DNA of 64,000 bases from Nitrospirales bacterium (GTDB lineage: Bacteria > Nitrospirota > Nitrospiria > Nitrospirales > UBA8639): positions 2,400,001 to 2,464,000 of the forward strand of contig OY820905.2 of NCBI GenBank assembly GCA_963555755.3, in the 5' to 3' direction. Below are positions 1-10,547 of this stretch, piece by piece. The notes beneath the pieces are model-generated. The model was not told where the DNA came from. It saw only the letters and a list, made by a program, of their open reading frames with translations, and did not search any database. Made by a program: the position numbers and the translations under genes. Position 1 is the first letter of the stretch. Each line of letters starts with the position of its first letter.

Positions 1-71
1 CATATCGGCTGAAATTTTCCTCCCCTGAGTGGGAGTGAAGACAACAAATATCGACCCCAGGTGGAGGTTAT

Positions 72-806
72 ATGGAAACAAAAGTCGCACTCATCACCGG
101 TGGCGCACGCGGCATTGGCAAAGGCATTGCGCTTGATTTGGCCAACCAGGGATGGGCTATTGCCATTTGCTATCGATCCAGTGAACACGATTCAGAAACC
201 ACCACAAAGGCCATCATCGAACGAGGTGGGCAAGGAATCGCCATTTGTTGCGATGTGTCTGATCCCAAAGCCTGCCAAGATTTGGTCAAGCTGATTGAAG
301 AGAAATGGGAAAAGATTGATGTCTTGGTGAACGGGGCAGGGCCCTATCATCGGATCAATCTGTTCAACGAAACACCTGAAGGCTGGAATGAAATGTTCAC
401 CAACAACCTGCATCCGATTTTTTATTTAGCCCAGGCCGTGGTACCAGGGATGAAAACGCGTAAGTCCGGTCGGATCATTTCGTTTAGCATGGCCAATGCG
501 GACAAGATGGAAGCCCAGCCCATGGTCACCGCTCATTATATCGCCAAGGCTGGCATACTGATCCTCACGCGAACCCTCGCCAAAATGCTGGCGCCCGATG
601 GCATTACGGTCAACGCGATCTCTCCAGGATTCATTGACTCAGGCAGCGCCCCACCAGAAGAACTCGAGGGCATGGCCAAGAAAATTCCCGCAGGGTATGT
701 CGGTGAAGTGAAAGATACAATCTCGGCAGTGCGCTACCTGTTATCCGATGAAGCGCGCTATGTGACAGGAACAAACATCCACATCAGCGGCGGCTGGGGA
801 ATGTAA
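72..806 (+). CDS. Short-chain dehydrogenase/reductase (FabG-like)
   Basis: ITGGARGIG Rossmann motif, LVNGAG, YxxxK (YIAK), VNAISPGFI. Confidence 0.9.
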   Translation: METKVALITGGARGIGKGIALDLANQGWAIAICYRSSEHDSETTTKAIIERGGQGIAICCDVSDPKACQDLVKLIEEKWEKIDVLVNGAGPYHRINLFNETPEGWNEMFTNNLHPIFYLAQAVVPGMKTRKSGRIISFSMANADKMEAQPMVTAHYIAKAGILILTRTLAKMLAPDGITVNAISPGFIDSGSAPPEELEGMAKKIPAGYVGEVKDTISAVRYLLSDEARYVTGTNIHISGGWGM

Positions 807-807
807 A

Positions 808-1192
808 GTCGGGTTCCGTCCCGACAGCCGAGGTTCCTTCGACGAGGCTCAGAACAGGCTCTTTTGTTTCGGCAAAAGGACCTAAAGGGTACCTCTACAA
901 ACCAGGCATTTTTTGTGAGGGCAAGGAAGCCGCACGCGGAAAACCGGAGTGTATGGGCGAATACATGAGGATGTGAGCACGCGGCTGACGCCGCCATCAC
1001 GGAAAAGGACGGTTTTTAGAGGTGCCCTAAAACCATTTCCGCCTGTGTGTGGTCCTTCGGATCCCCTGCGCGATTCGCCAAATTTAGCAGCTGCGCAACT
1101 CGTGGAGTCTATCCTGAGTCTTGTCGAAAGACTCAAACAGTGCTTGCCTTCCCCCGAATTTGGCTACACTGCTTGGCCACCCCCAAGGCGGG
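808..1192 (+). repeat. Repeat family B copy 1, interrupted by a 141-bp MITE
   Basis: Shares ttttgtttcggcaaaaggacc..aaaccatttccgcc..ctcaaacag..aaggcggg with the copies at 14087, 14936 and 18693 (reverse). Confidence 0.8.
887..1027. mobile_element. 141-bp MITE (family D), copy 1
   Basis: TIR GGGTACCTCTACAAACC / GGTTTTTAGAGGTGCCC; 4-bp TSD TAAA (883-886, 1028-1031); inverted near-identical copy at 33575-33715. Confidence 0.9.
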
Positions 1193-1231
1193 AAAACTCT
1201 ATAAAAAAACTGTCGAGGGGTATTCCAATTT

Positions 1232-2050
1232 TCACCCCCGCCCCGTTGGGGAGAGGGGAGGGTGAGGGGGAATTTCAACCAATCTCTCTGCCCACTCGAT
1301 TCCAAACACTTCAGCAAAATATTGCGCGATTTGCTCCCGAACTTTTTTAAGATCCGGTTCATGGCCTAGTACCTCCGCCATCGACGTGACCTGACACCCT
1401 TCAATGCCGCAGGGCACGATAAACTGAAAAGGCTCAAGATCAACCGTCACGTTTAACGCAAACCCGTGCATCGTCACACCGCGAGAAATTTTCACGCCCA
1501 TGGCGGCAATCTTAGCAAAAGGTTTGTCGGGATTTTTAGGATCGCGAATCCACACACCCACAAACTTTTCTACTCGTGCTCCTTCGATCCCCCATTCCGC
1601 CAACACACGAATAATGACCTCTTCCAACATTCGCATGTAGGTCTTTGGACCTGAGCAAAATTTCCGAAGGCGCAAAATTGGATACCCAATAATCTGCCCA
1701 GGCCCATGATACGTTACCGATCCGCCACGCTCGCTTTCTACCACCTGAAGACCTTTATTTCGAAAAGCATCAACCTGGCCACCCCAATGCGCGTCTTTTG
1801 TGGTACGGCCAAGCGTCATCACCGGTTCATGTTCAAGGAGCACCAACGTATCCAGACGAGACTCCGCGATCCGCTCATCGAGAAGACGCCATTGCAACTG
1901 ACGAGCAGCTTCATAGTCCAGACGTGAGATCGAGACCAACGAGCCCTGTAGTAGAGAGGGAAAAATTGTCACTTGCGCTATTTCTTTGGGTGTACGAATA
2001 GGATTCAGCCCATGAACCAAAAGATACCGCTGAAAGGTTTCTTCATTCAA
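1232..2050 (-). CDS. lipB: Lipoyl(octanoyl) transferase; true start uncertain, ORF extension to 2452 is MITE sequence
   Basis: LLEHEPVMTLGR, ERGGSVTYHGPGQ, KIAAMG, HGFALNV, IVPCG motifs. Confidence 0.9.
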   Translation of the reverse strand: MNEETFQRYLLVHGLNPIRTPKEIAQVTIFPSLLQGSLVSISRLDYEAARQLQWRLLDERIAESRLDTLVLLEHEPVMTLGRTTKDAHWGGQVDAFRNKGLQVVESERGGSVTYHGPGQIIGYPILRLRKFCSGPKTYMRMLEEVIIRVLAEWGIEGARVEKFVGVWIRDPKNPDKPFAKIAAMGVKISRGVTMHGFALNVTVDLEPFQFIVPCGIEGCQVTSMAEVLGHEPDLKKVREQIAQYFAEVFGIEWAERLVEIPPHPPLSPTGRG

Positions 2051-2466
2051 CCTAGAAACGACAGTTGGGCGCAAAAAAGACGTGTTCACCTCGGTAGTGA
2101 TGGGACATTTTTTTATTGTACCAGGTGCACCCAGGAGCCTGTCCGAGATTAGCGATCGTGACGAGGGGAGGCTGGATTTGGCCGGATCTTTCGATCGTTT
2201 GAGGCGAATAGTGGGACTATTCAACGAAAACGGGAAATGTTCAAAAAGGCCGTCCAGCAAGGCCGCAGGGCTTTGGGCGCGCGGAGCGTACACGGAGTAC
2301 GTGAGCACGCCAAAAGCCGGAGAACGCAGCTGGGGGCCTTTTTCAACATTCCCCGAAAAGGTTCGAACGATCTGGCCAAATCCAGCGCACCCGCAGTAGA
2401 TCGATCTAATCTTGGACAGGCTCCTGAGCTTACGCGGACTTTTGTGATCCAACTGCGGTGTTTAGG
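2051..2466. mobile_element. IS1380-like MITE (family E) copy 1 with nested elements
   Basis: TIR CCTAGAAACGACAGTTGG / CCAACTGCGGTGTTTAGG; 5-bp TSD TTCAA; homologous to 33889-34216. Confidence 0.85.
2232..2353. repeat. MITE family A short copy nested in the family E element
   Basis: gggaaatgttcaaaaaggcc..gcaaggccgcag..gagcgtac/gtacgtgag..tttttcaacattccc; absent from the homologous position in 33889-34216. Confidence 0.85.
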
Positions 2467-2501
2467 TTCAAATGTTTGGTGAAGAGGATGACATAAAACA
2501 A

Positions 2502-2531
2502 CGGCGGAAGAAGGTGGCCCTTCTTCCGCCG
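2502..2531 (-). terminator. Hairpin terminator downstream of histone-like gene 1
   Basis: cggcggaagaagg-tggc-ccttcttccgccg stem followed by a T-rich tract on the minus strand. Confidence 0.65.
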
Positions 2532-2553
2532 CGTGTTCACGGTAGGTGCGTCG

Positions 2554-2739
2554 TTATTTCTTTTTCTTTGACGCAGTTTTCTTTTTGGCTGGTGCCTTTT
2601 TCTTTGCGGCACCTTTCTTTTTAGCAGGGGCTTTCTTTTTAGCCGTAGCTTTTTTCTTGGCTGGTGCTTTTTTCTTGGCAGGAGCTTTCTTCTTTGCGGC
2701 CTTCCTGGCCGGCGCCTTCTTTTTTACTGTCGGCAACAT
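2554..2739 (-). CDS. Small Lys/Ala/Pro-rich histone H1-like DNA-binding protein 1
   Basis: About 61 aa of KKKAPA repeats with varied synonymous codons; downstream terminator. Confidence 0.75.
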   Translation of the reverse strand: MLPTVKKKAPARKAAKKKAPAKKKAPAKKKATAKKKAPAKKKGAAKKKAPAKKKTASKKKK

Positions 2740-3077
2740 GATCACTCATCACTTAATGAGTGTGTGCCACAGTTCCTGGTGGTTACATACTCTTTTAAAA
2801 ATATTTTTTCAATCCTTTTTTATCATTGACTGTGTACAAAATTTTTTAGAAAAAAATTTTAATCATGTAGCTACACGAACAGGCCACGCTTATTTTTTCT
2901 TTTGACCGATCAACTATGGATTGCACGTCATCATCATGACTACGCCATTCGTTTTTACCTTCTACCAATTTTCGACAATAAAAAAATTCCCTCAGCCATC
3001 ATTTATCACATTTCGCCATTCAAGAATTCATCGTAAATTGTATTTCCTGACGATTAAAAATTCCGTGATCCCGCCTA

Positions 3078-3234
3078 GGGCTCGCACAAGAATACCTTCC
3101 CCTTTTTGGGTGCTGAGACACCTGTCTGGCAAGGCGCGAGGACTGCGCATACTCCTCGTATGGAAAGGACGAGCAACGCCGCCAGACGGGATGGATCGAC
3201 GCCCAAACAGGGGAAGGTATTCTTGCGCGAGCCC
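3078..3234. mobile_element. 157-bp MITE (family C), copy 1
   Basis: Long TIR gggctcgcacaagaataccttcccct / aggggaaggtattcttgcgcgagccc; TA flanks. Confidence 0.85.
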
Positions 3235-3435
3235 TAAGGTTGCACGCCTGAAGAAATGGGAACACAAGGGCAATTGCCTGAAGGGAATTGCTGTCATCGC
3301 TAAAGGGAGTCTAGCTGACACCACGCATCATTCTTGCGCCCCTATTGCATTTAATAAGGAATTACCCGTTGAACCAACGTACGAAGTCAGGGTAAAAAAA
3401 TTTAGTCCTGAAAGATTCGGAGTGAAAAAACCTTA

Positions 3436-3592
3436 GGGCTCCCGCAAGAATAACTTCTCCTGTTTGGGTCCTGAGACACCTGTCTGGCAAGGCGCGAGGA
3501 CTGCGCATACTCCTCGTGTGGAAAGGACGAGCAACGCCGCCAGACTGGATTGATCGACGCCCAAACAGGGGAAGTGATTTTTGCGCGAAGCC
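3436..3592. mobile_element. 157-bp MITE (family C), copy 2
   Basis: Diverged direct copy of 3078-3234. Confidence 0.85.
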
Positions 3593-3603
3593 TAAGAGAA
3601 TCA

Positions 3604-3631
3604 GCTGGGAGTAGAAGACTCTACTCCCAGC
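3604..3631 (-). terminator. Hairpin downstream of histone-like gene 2
   Basis: gctgggagtaga-agac-tctactcccagc perfect 12-bp stem; weak U tract. Confidence 0.55.
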
Positions 3632-3653
3632 GATGATTGGAAGATGAGATATG

Positions 3654-3800
3654 CTATCTCTTTCTAGCCGCGGCCTTTTTCTTGGCTGGTGCTTTTTTCT
3701 TAGCCGCCTTTTTCTTGGCTGGTGCTTTTTTCTTAGCCGGTGCCTTTTTCTTAGCCGGTGCTTTTTTCTTTGCCGGTGCTTTCTTCTTTGCTGTCGCCAA
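3654..3800 (-). CDS. Small Lys/Ala/Pro-rich histone H1-like DNA-binding protein 2
   Basis: TTG start after AAAGGGGGTGA RBS; MATAKKKAPAKKK...ARKR, 48 aa. Confidence 0.75.
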   Translation of the reverse strand: MATAKKKAPAKKKAPAKKKAPAKKKAPAKKKAAKKKAPAKKKAAARKR

Positions 3801-4182
3801 TACGCTCACCCCCTTTCCTGAATTAAGTGAAAACCTGTCCAACTATCCGTTCGAATCTCTCACGATAAAGAGCCACAGAGAAAAACCGTTTTGGGACTCT
3901 ATGTGAAATCTGTCCTCTGTCATACCCTGGTAATGATCAAAAACCTCTTTCATTCCTCCGCCTACCCAAACCTCCGCTAAAAAAAAACACTTCAGGAGCA
4001 GGTGGCCCTACTCTCGACGGCACTGTTGGAGGTTTGGAAATACTGAATGGTTTTGCGAACGCAGGAGATTGGCCACTTGTTCCATCCTTACCGTGGAGTT
4101 TCTGACTCGATCGCTTTTCATTCCTACTGGCAATTGACTCATCTCCCTGTGAGTTAGAACGTCACCGTATGCGATGAGAGGC

Positions 4183-4713
4183 TCACACAGTCCGTGTGAG
4201 GGGTCGGTCTGGTTCATCCAGGCCTTCAAAGGTATTCGGTGCAACTTTTCGAAATCGAGGATCTCGTTTTAAGGATGTCGAAACGGAAGTCACGGGAGTT
4301 TTTCCTCGAATTTGCATCCCCCCATCCAACAGGTGTTGACACAGTTCTTTCGCATGCATAGGCCGTTTCATTCCTCGTAGAATTTTGTACGCCGCGTCAG
4401 ACACGTTCATGCCGACGTATTTGCTTCGACCGAGAAGGATCTCCCGTGATCGGTCCGTTACGTCCGTACCCGGCACCGGCGGAGATCCGGTTTCATCTGT
4501 AAGGATTTGACTCGAAAGACTGCCCAGTTTCGCTTTATCGGCTTCCACCCGATATAGTGTTTTTGCCAACTCCAGGTATTTCTCAATGGTCGCAATTTCT
4601 TCATTGAGTCGCTCCCTCTTTTTTTTCAGATCCTTGAGCTTGCCATCATACGCAGTAATCCGTTGCTCTAGGCCAACGACAATGTCTTTCAATTCGTCTT
4701 TTTGATCTTCCAT
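4183..4713 (-). CDS. Coiled-coil plus HARE-type winged HTH protein
   Basis: N-terminal heptad region; C-terminal DAAYKILR..PMHAKEL..GKTPVTSVSTSLKRDPRFRKVAPNTF resembles HARE-HTH. Confidence 0.7.
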   Translation of the reverse strand: MEDQKDELKDIVVGLEQRITAYDGKLKDLKKKRERLNEEIATIEKYLELAKTLYRVEADKAKLGSLSSQILTDETGSPPVPGTDVTDRSREILLGRSKYVGMNVSDAAYKILRGMKRPMHAKELCQHLLDGGMQIRGKTPVTSVSTSLKRDPRFRKVAPNTFEGLDEPDRPLTRTV

Positions 4714-5168
4714 AAGCTTGCTTTACATTTTGCTTGCTTGCTTTTAACATTCAAAAATACATGTGTCAATAAAAAATTTAAAGAAAGTATCTATTAAATT
4801 AACACATCTTTTGAGTTTCATTAAAAATTATATCAGAATATCTATGCAAGCACCAAAATAAGTTTGTATTTTTTCTGAGCATATAGATAAATTTTAATAC
4901 TTGCTAGAATTAATACTTGAAAGCCAATATTTAGTAGTCTGAAGAAAATGGATACTATTAGTTTGATGTAAATTTTTCCATCCTCACCCTTTTTTTGGGT
5001 TAATTCTAGAATGGTCTGTTGGAGTAATCGCCTTTGTATATAATGTAGGGTTAAGATTTTGCGTTTCCTTGTTGGGGCTGTTGAATATTTCGCGTCAATT
5101 GCCAATAAAAGCTCTGGATGAGCCAAGCATTGTCAAGGGGAGGGAATGTTCAAAAAAGCATGCCCTTG

Positions 5169-5174
5169 TATAAT
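5169..5174 (+). promoter_or_regulatory. -10 box of the circle-junction promoter (-35 TTGACT at 6360-6365)
   Basis: Joining the ends at CT gives TTGACT-N17-TATAAT. Confidence 0.8.
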
Positions 5175-5179
5175 GCAAG

Positions 5180-6382
<1,203 letters not shown>

Positions 6383-6537
6383 GTCTTTCCGAAGGGTCTA
6401 TCCAGCAAGGCCGCAGCCATTTTGACGCGCGGAGCGTACTCATAGTACGTGAGCACGGCAAAAGGGCGAGAACGCCGCTGGCGGCTTTTTTCAACATTCC
6501 CTTGTTGAAAAACACATAGCTATAGTAAGTTCATCCC

Positions 6538-7602
6538 ATGACCGCCTTTCAATCTCTACCAATTATTGAGCCTTCTGGTCTGAATTTATTGGCCCTGAGC
6601 TTTCATGAAACATCGGCTTTGGTCGAGAAATTGAAGTGGCCAGCCTTCAGAACCCAACAGATTCTACAGTGGCTCTACCAACACCGGGCTAGAAAAATCG
6701 ATTCGATGAGTAGTCTTTCCAAGACAGATCGTGAATGTCTGCAATCCATCGCGACTATTGGTCGAGCGCCAGCCCCGACTGTCGTGTGTTCTCAAGATGG
6801 AACGCGCAAGCTCTTGTGTTCTTTGGAAAACGGGCTCCAAATTGAAAGCGTTCTGATCCCCGAGGAGCCGCGGTTGACGTTGTGTATTTCGACCCAAGTG
6901 GGCTGTACAGTTGATTGCCGATTTTGCTTGACCGGCCAAATGGGGTTAAAGCGCAATTTGAAGGCTCATGAAATCGTGGAGCAAGTGATGACCGCTCAAG
7001 ACCTTCTTCCTGAAAGTGAACGGATCACCTCACTGGTGTTTATGGGTATGGGTGAACCCCTAGCGAATATCGAGTCTGTCACGGAATCCGTCGCGCGACT
7101 CACCAATACCCGATGGGGACTTGGCATCCCTGCCCGGCGCATTACCATCTCCACCGCCGGCCTCGCACCACGACTAAAAAATATTGCCGGGTTAGGGGTC
7201 AATCTGGCCATTTCCCTCAATGCCACGACCAATGAACAACGAGATTACTTGATGCCGATGGTCAACAAGCTTCACCCGTTGCCAGAACTATTGGAAGCCT
7301 GCCGAACCTACCCATTAGGTCCCGGGCGGCTCCTGACGTTTGAATATGTCCTCTTAAGCGGAGAGAACGATTCGCCCGAAGACGCCAAACGACTGATTCA
7401 CCTGCTTAGAGGCATTCGGTGTAAAATCAATCTTATCCCGTTTAACGAATTCCCCGGCAGCTCGTTTCGCCGTCCGTCAGATGAGGCGATAGAGAAATTT
7501 CAATCTATCTTGAGACACAGTCGGTATGATGTCTTTCTAAGAAAAAGCCGCGGGCGGGATATCTTGGGAGCTTGCGGCCAACTTGGGAACATCCCTCCAT
7601 GA
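6538..7602 (+). CDS. rlmN: 23S rRNA m2A2503 radical SAM methyltransferase
   Basis: CISTQVGCTVDCRFC, FMGMGEP, NLIPFN, GACGQL. Confidence 0.95.
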   Translation: MTAFQSLPIIEPSGLNLLALSFHETSALVEKLKWPAFRTQQILQWLYQHRARKIDSMSSLSKTDRECLQSIATIGRAPAPTVVCSQDGTRKLLCSLENGLQIESVLIPEEPRLTLCISTQVGCTVDCRFCLTGQMGLKRNLKAHEIVEQVMTAQDLLPESERITSLVFMGMGEPLANIESVTESVARLTNTRWGLGIPARRITISTAGLAPRLKNIAGLGVNLAISLNATTNEQRDYLMPMVNKLHPLPELLEACRTYPLGPGRLLTFEYVLLSGENDSPEDAKRLIHLLRGIRCKINLIPFNEFPGSSFRRPSDEAIEKFQSILRHSRYDVFLRKSRGRDILGACGQLGNIPP

Positions 7603-7615
7603 AGTTATGCTAGGA

Positions 7616-7836
7616 GCGCTTGTTGAATATTTCATTCCAATAGCCAGTCAAAGCTCCATATGAGCTAAAGATCATCAAATGGAGGGAATGTTCAAAAAAG
7701 CATGCCCTGAGTCTTTCCGAAGGGTCTATCCAGCAAGGCCGCAGCCCTTTTGACGCGCGGAGCGTACTCATGTACGTGAGCACGGCAAAAGGGCGACCTG
7801 CCTGCGCGAAGGCTGGCGGCTTTTTTCAATATTCCC
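7616..7836. repeat. MITE family A long copy with an empty IS110-1 target
   Basis: tgttgaatatttc..gcatgccctgagtc..tttttcaatattccc; imperfect TSD TAGGA/TAAGA. Confidence 0.85.
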
Positions 7837-7861
7837 TAAGAATAGTCCGACAAGGAGCCAT

Positions 7862-8692
7862 ATGAAGATGCTCACCATTCCGACAGTCCCACAAGTCCTC
7901 CAACAGAAAACTGAACGACTTGAAACGATCTTTCGAGAAATGGGTTCTGTGCTTGTTGCTTTTTCCGGGGGCATTGATAGCACATTGGTCCTCAAACTGG
8001 CTTACGATATGTTAGGCAACCAGGCCATCGCGGTTGTAGCCGTTTCTCCGACTTTTCCTTTAGAAGAGCTCGAAGACGTTCGAAAGATCAGTCATGAAAT
8101 TGGAGCGAATCTCATCACTGCAAATACCAATCAACTTGAGATGGCCAGTTTCGTTCGCAATGATGCCTCACGGTGTTACCATTGCAAAACGGACCTGTAT
8201 CAGCTCTTTGGCCCCATCAAACATGACACCGGAATCAGCACCGTAGTTGATGGGACGAACAGTGATGATCTCGGTGATGACCGTCCGGGCATTCAAGCCG
8301 CACGTGAACATGGCGTTCGAAGCCCTCTTGTTGAAGCGGGTTTCACCAAAGCCGATGTTCGCACCCTCGCGCGCCATCTGGGATTGTCCAACTGGGACAA
8401 ACCCGCGGCCGCCTGCCTATCGTCTCGCATTCCTCGTGGTTTGATCATTACAAAAATGAACCTTCGGCGGGTAGAACAAGCGGAGGTAATTCTCAAACAG
8501 GAAGGCTTCCGTCATGTACGGGTGCGCGATCATGAGGGGATCGCACGAATTGAAGTAGATCGACAGGAAATCGACACGTTCTTCGATTCTGGACGGAGAG
8601 AGAGAATCACCCAGGGCCTTAAAGGCCTAGGTTTTCGGTGGGTGACAGTAGACCTGGAGGGGTATCAAGTTGGCGGTGGAAATTCGAAGTAA
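7862..8692 (+). CDS. larE: LarE-like ATP-dependent PP-loop sulfur transferase
   Basis: AFSGGIDS, RCYHCK, DGTNSDDLGDDRPG, ACLSSRIP. Confidence 0.8.
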   Translation: MKMLTIPTVPQVLQQKTERLETIFREMGSVLVAFSGGIDSTLVLKLAYDMLGNQAIAVVAVSPTFPLEELEDVRKISHEIGANLITANTNQLEMASFVRNDASRCYHCKTDLYQLFGPIKHDTGISTVVDGTNSDDLGDDRPGIQAAREHGVRSPLVEAGFTKADVRTLARHLGLSNWDKPAAACLSSRIPRGLIITKMNLRRVEQAEVILKQEGFRHVRVRDHEGIARIEVDRQEIDTFFDSGRRERITQGLKGLGFRWVTVDLEGYQVGGGNSK

Positions 8693-8812
8693 GGTGAGCA
8701 TCCTCACTCTATACTTTTGCCGCCTTGACTCAATCAGAGATCGACAAAACCCTCTGTTCCCTGAACATTAGTCAAGACAGCTCAAAACGAACGAGGGCAA
8801 GTACCGTTGGAA

Positions 8813-9331
8813 TCAAGCCTGACCCGAAGGGGAATGATCCGCCGACACGGCTTGTAACGCCTCTTGTGCAAGACGACGGTTGTCTTCATCCGACAAGTTT
8901 CGTACCAGCACTTTCTCGGCAACCAGCAATGCCAGGTTTGCCGCTTCTCCCCGAATAGCCTCAAGGGCTTTTCGTCGCTCGCGTTCAATGGCTTGCGTAG
9001 CCTCAGCCTTGATCCGTTCTGACTCGACACGAAGGCGCTGCTCATTTTCTTCAAGCATGCGCTGGGATTTGTTCCGCGCTTCCGCCAGAATGGCTTCCGC
9101 TTCCTGAGCCGCGTTTCGCAACTTGGCTTCGTATTCCTGCAATCTCTGGTCAGCGGATGTCCGACTCTGTTCGGCCTGATCAATGCTGTCACGAATTTTT
9201 CGTTCGCGTGTTTCGAGCGCTTCCAGAATTGGAGGGAACGCAAACTTCGACAAGACCCATAAGAGAATCCCAAACGAAATTAGCTCCCAAAAAATCAGGG
9301 ATGAGAAAAACTGGGTATCAAATTGCGGCAT
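8813..9331 (-). CDS. atpF: F0F1 ATP synthase subunit b
   Basis: N-terminal TM helix, FPPILEALETRE, coiled coil; operon context. Confidence 0.92.
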   Translation of the reverse strand: MPQFDTQFFSSLIFWELISFGILLWVLSKFAFPPILEALETRERKIRDSIDQAEQSRTSADQRLQEYEAKLRNAAQEAEAILAEARNKSQRMLEENEQRLRVESERIKAEATQAIERERRKALEAIRGEAANLALLVAEKVLVRNLSDEDNRRLAQEALQAVSADHSPSGQA

Positions 9332-9343
9332 AGCGTCCGAGTC

Positions 9344-9574
9344 CTATTTTCTCAACCCCATGATGATAAAGGCGATGACCAACCCGTACAGCGCAATCGC
9401 TTCGACCAGCGCGAACCCGATCCACATGTATTTTCCCACGCGGGCCTCAGCTTCTGGTTGGCGAGCCACGGCTTCAATCATCTTTCCAAAGATATACCCA
9501 ATCCCTACACCAGCACCCGCAAACCCAGCGGCTGCCAAGCCCATTCCCAATAATGCTGAAGCTGCAGAATCCAT
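9344..9574 (-). CDS. atpE: F0F1 ATP synthase subunit c
   Basis: GAGVGIG, ARQPE, ion-binding Glu in FALVEA. Confidence 0.95.
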   Translation of the reverse strand: MDSAASALLGMGLAAAGFAGAGVGIGYIFGKMIEAVARQPEAEARVGKYMWIGFALVEAIALYGLVIAFIIMGLRK

Positions 9575-9635
9575 TGTGTGTGTATCCCCCTCGTGAAATC
9601 GTTAATAAGTAAACGTATTGTTTCCAGTGTTCAGT

Positions 9636-10361
9636 TTAATGAAGATGGAGCGCATCAGCCATATACACACAGGTCAAGATCGTGAAGATATAGGCCTGGA
9701 TAACGGCGATCCCCACTTCCAATCCATACAGGACCACGGTGAAGGAAAAGGGAAGCCACCCAATTAACAACCCGCCGCTAATTGTGAGGCCAAACAGCAC
9801 CCCAAGAATGACATGCCCCGCGGTCATGTTGGCAAACAACCGTACCGACAATGAAAGCGGACGAGCCAGTTGGCTGATAATTTCAATCGGTATCATCAAG
9901 GGCAGAAGCCATCCCGGGGTCCCAGGCGGGACGAGAATCCCTAAAAATTTCACGCCGTGCAGCTTGAGCCCAATCAGTATACTTAATCCATACACCCCGA
10001 GGGCAAACACTCCTGTCACGACTAATTGACTCGTCACAGTGTACGATCCGGGAATGAGACCTAACAGATTGCAGAATAAAATGAACAAAAACAGAGTGGC
10101 GATTAAAGAAAAATACCGCATGCCCTCAGGCCCCATCGTATCGTGAATTATCCCTCGAATAAACTCCACTATTATCTCCGCCACACTTTGAATTTTGGTC
10201 GGCACCAAGGACCCTGAGGATCGGGCTTTTGTCAAAAACAAAATTATGGCCCCGACCACGACAAACATCATCACCACGGCCTTGTTGATCGAAATATCCA
10301 GGCCAAACAGTGAGAGCGGAATTAATGTATGAAGTTCAAAGGGATGGAGCGGATTGTCCAA
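9636..10361 (-). CDS. atpB: F0F1 ATP synthase subunit a
   Basis: RPLSLSVRLFANMTAGH, IQAYIF. Confidence 0.95.
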   Translation of the reverse strand: MDNPLHPFELHTLIPLSLFGLDISINKAVVMMFVVVGAIILFLTKARSSGSLVPTKIQSVAEIIVEFIRGIIHDTMGPEGMRYFSLIATLFLFILFCNLLGLIPGSYTVTSQLVVTGVFALGVYGLSILIGLKLHGVKFLGILVPPGTPGWLLPLMIPIEIISQLARPLSLSVRLFANMTAGHVILGVLFGLTISGGLLIGWLPFSFTVVLYGLEVGIAVIQAYIFTILTCVYMADALHLH

Positions 10362-10547
10362 CGGAACCTCGGTTTCCTAAAGGGTTCGCGCAAAAATAAT
10401 TTCCCATGTTTGGGCGTCGATCCATCCCGTCTGGCGGCGTTGCTCGTCCTTTCCATAGGAGGAGTATGCGCAGTCCTGGCGTCTTACCAGACAGACGTCT
10501 CATCACCCAAACATGGGAAGTTATTCTCGCGCGAACCCTTATGTGAC

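Noticed and set aside
2546..2905. Phe/Ala-rich plus-strand ORFs (also 3637-3906) as membrane proteins
   Set aside because: They are antisense shadows of the Lys-rich genes, which have the RBS and terminator support.
2921..3436. 171-aa ORF and overlapping ORFs
   Set aside because: They run through the family C MITE and have no recognisable domain.
3850..4180. Possible ncRNA between the HTH gene and histone-like gene 2
   Set aside because: Only a short inverted repeat is visible and no RNA family is recognisable by eye.
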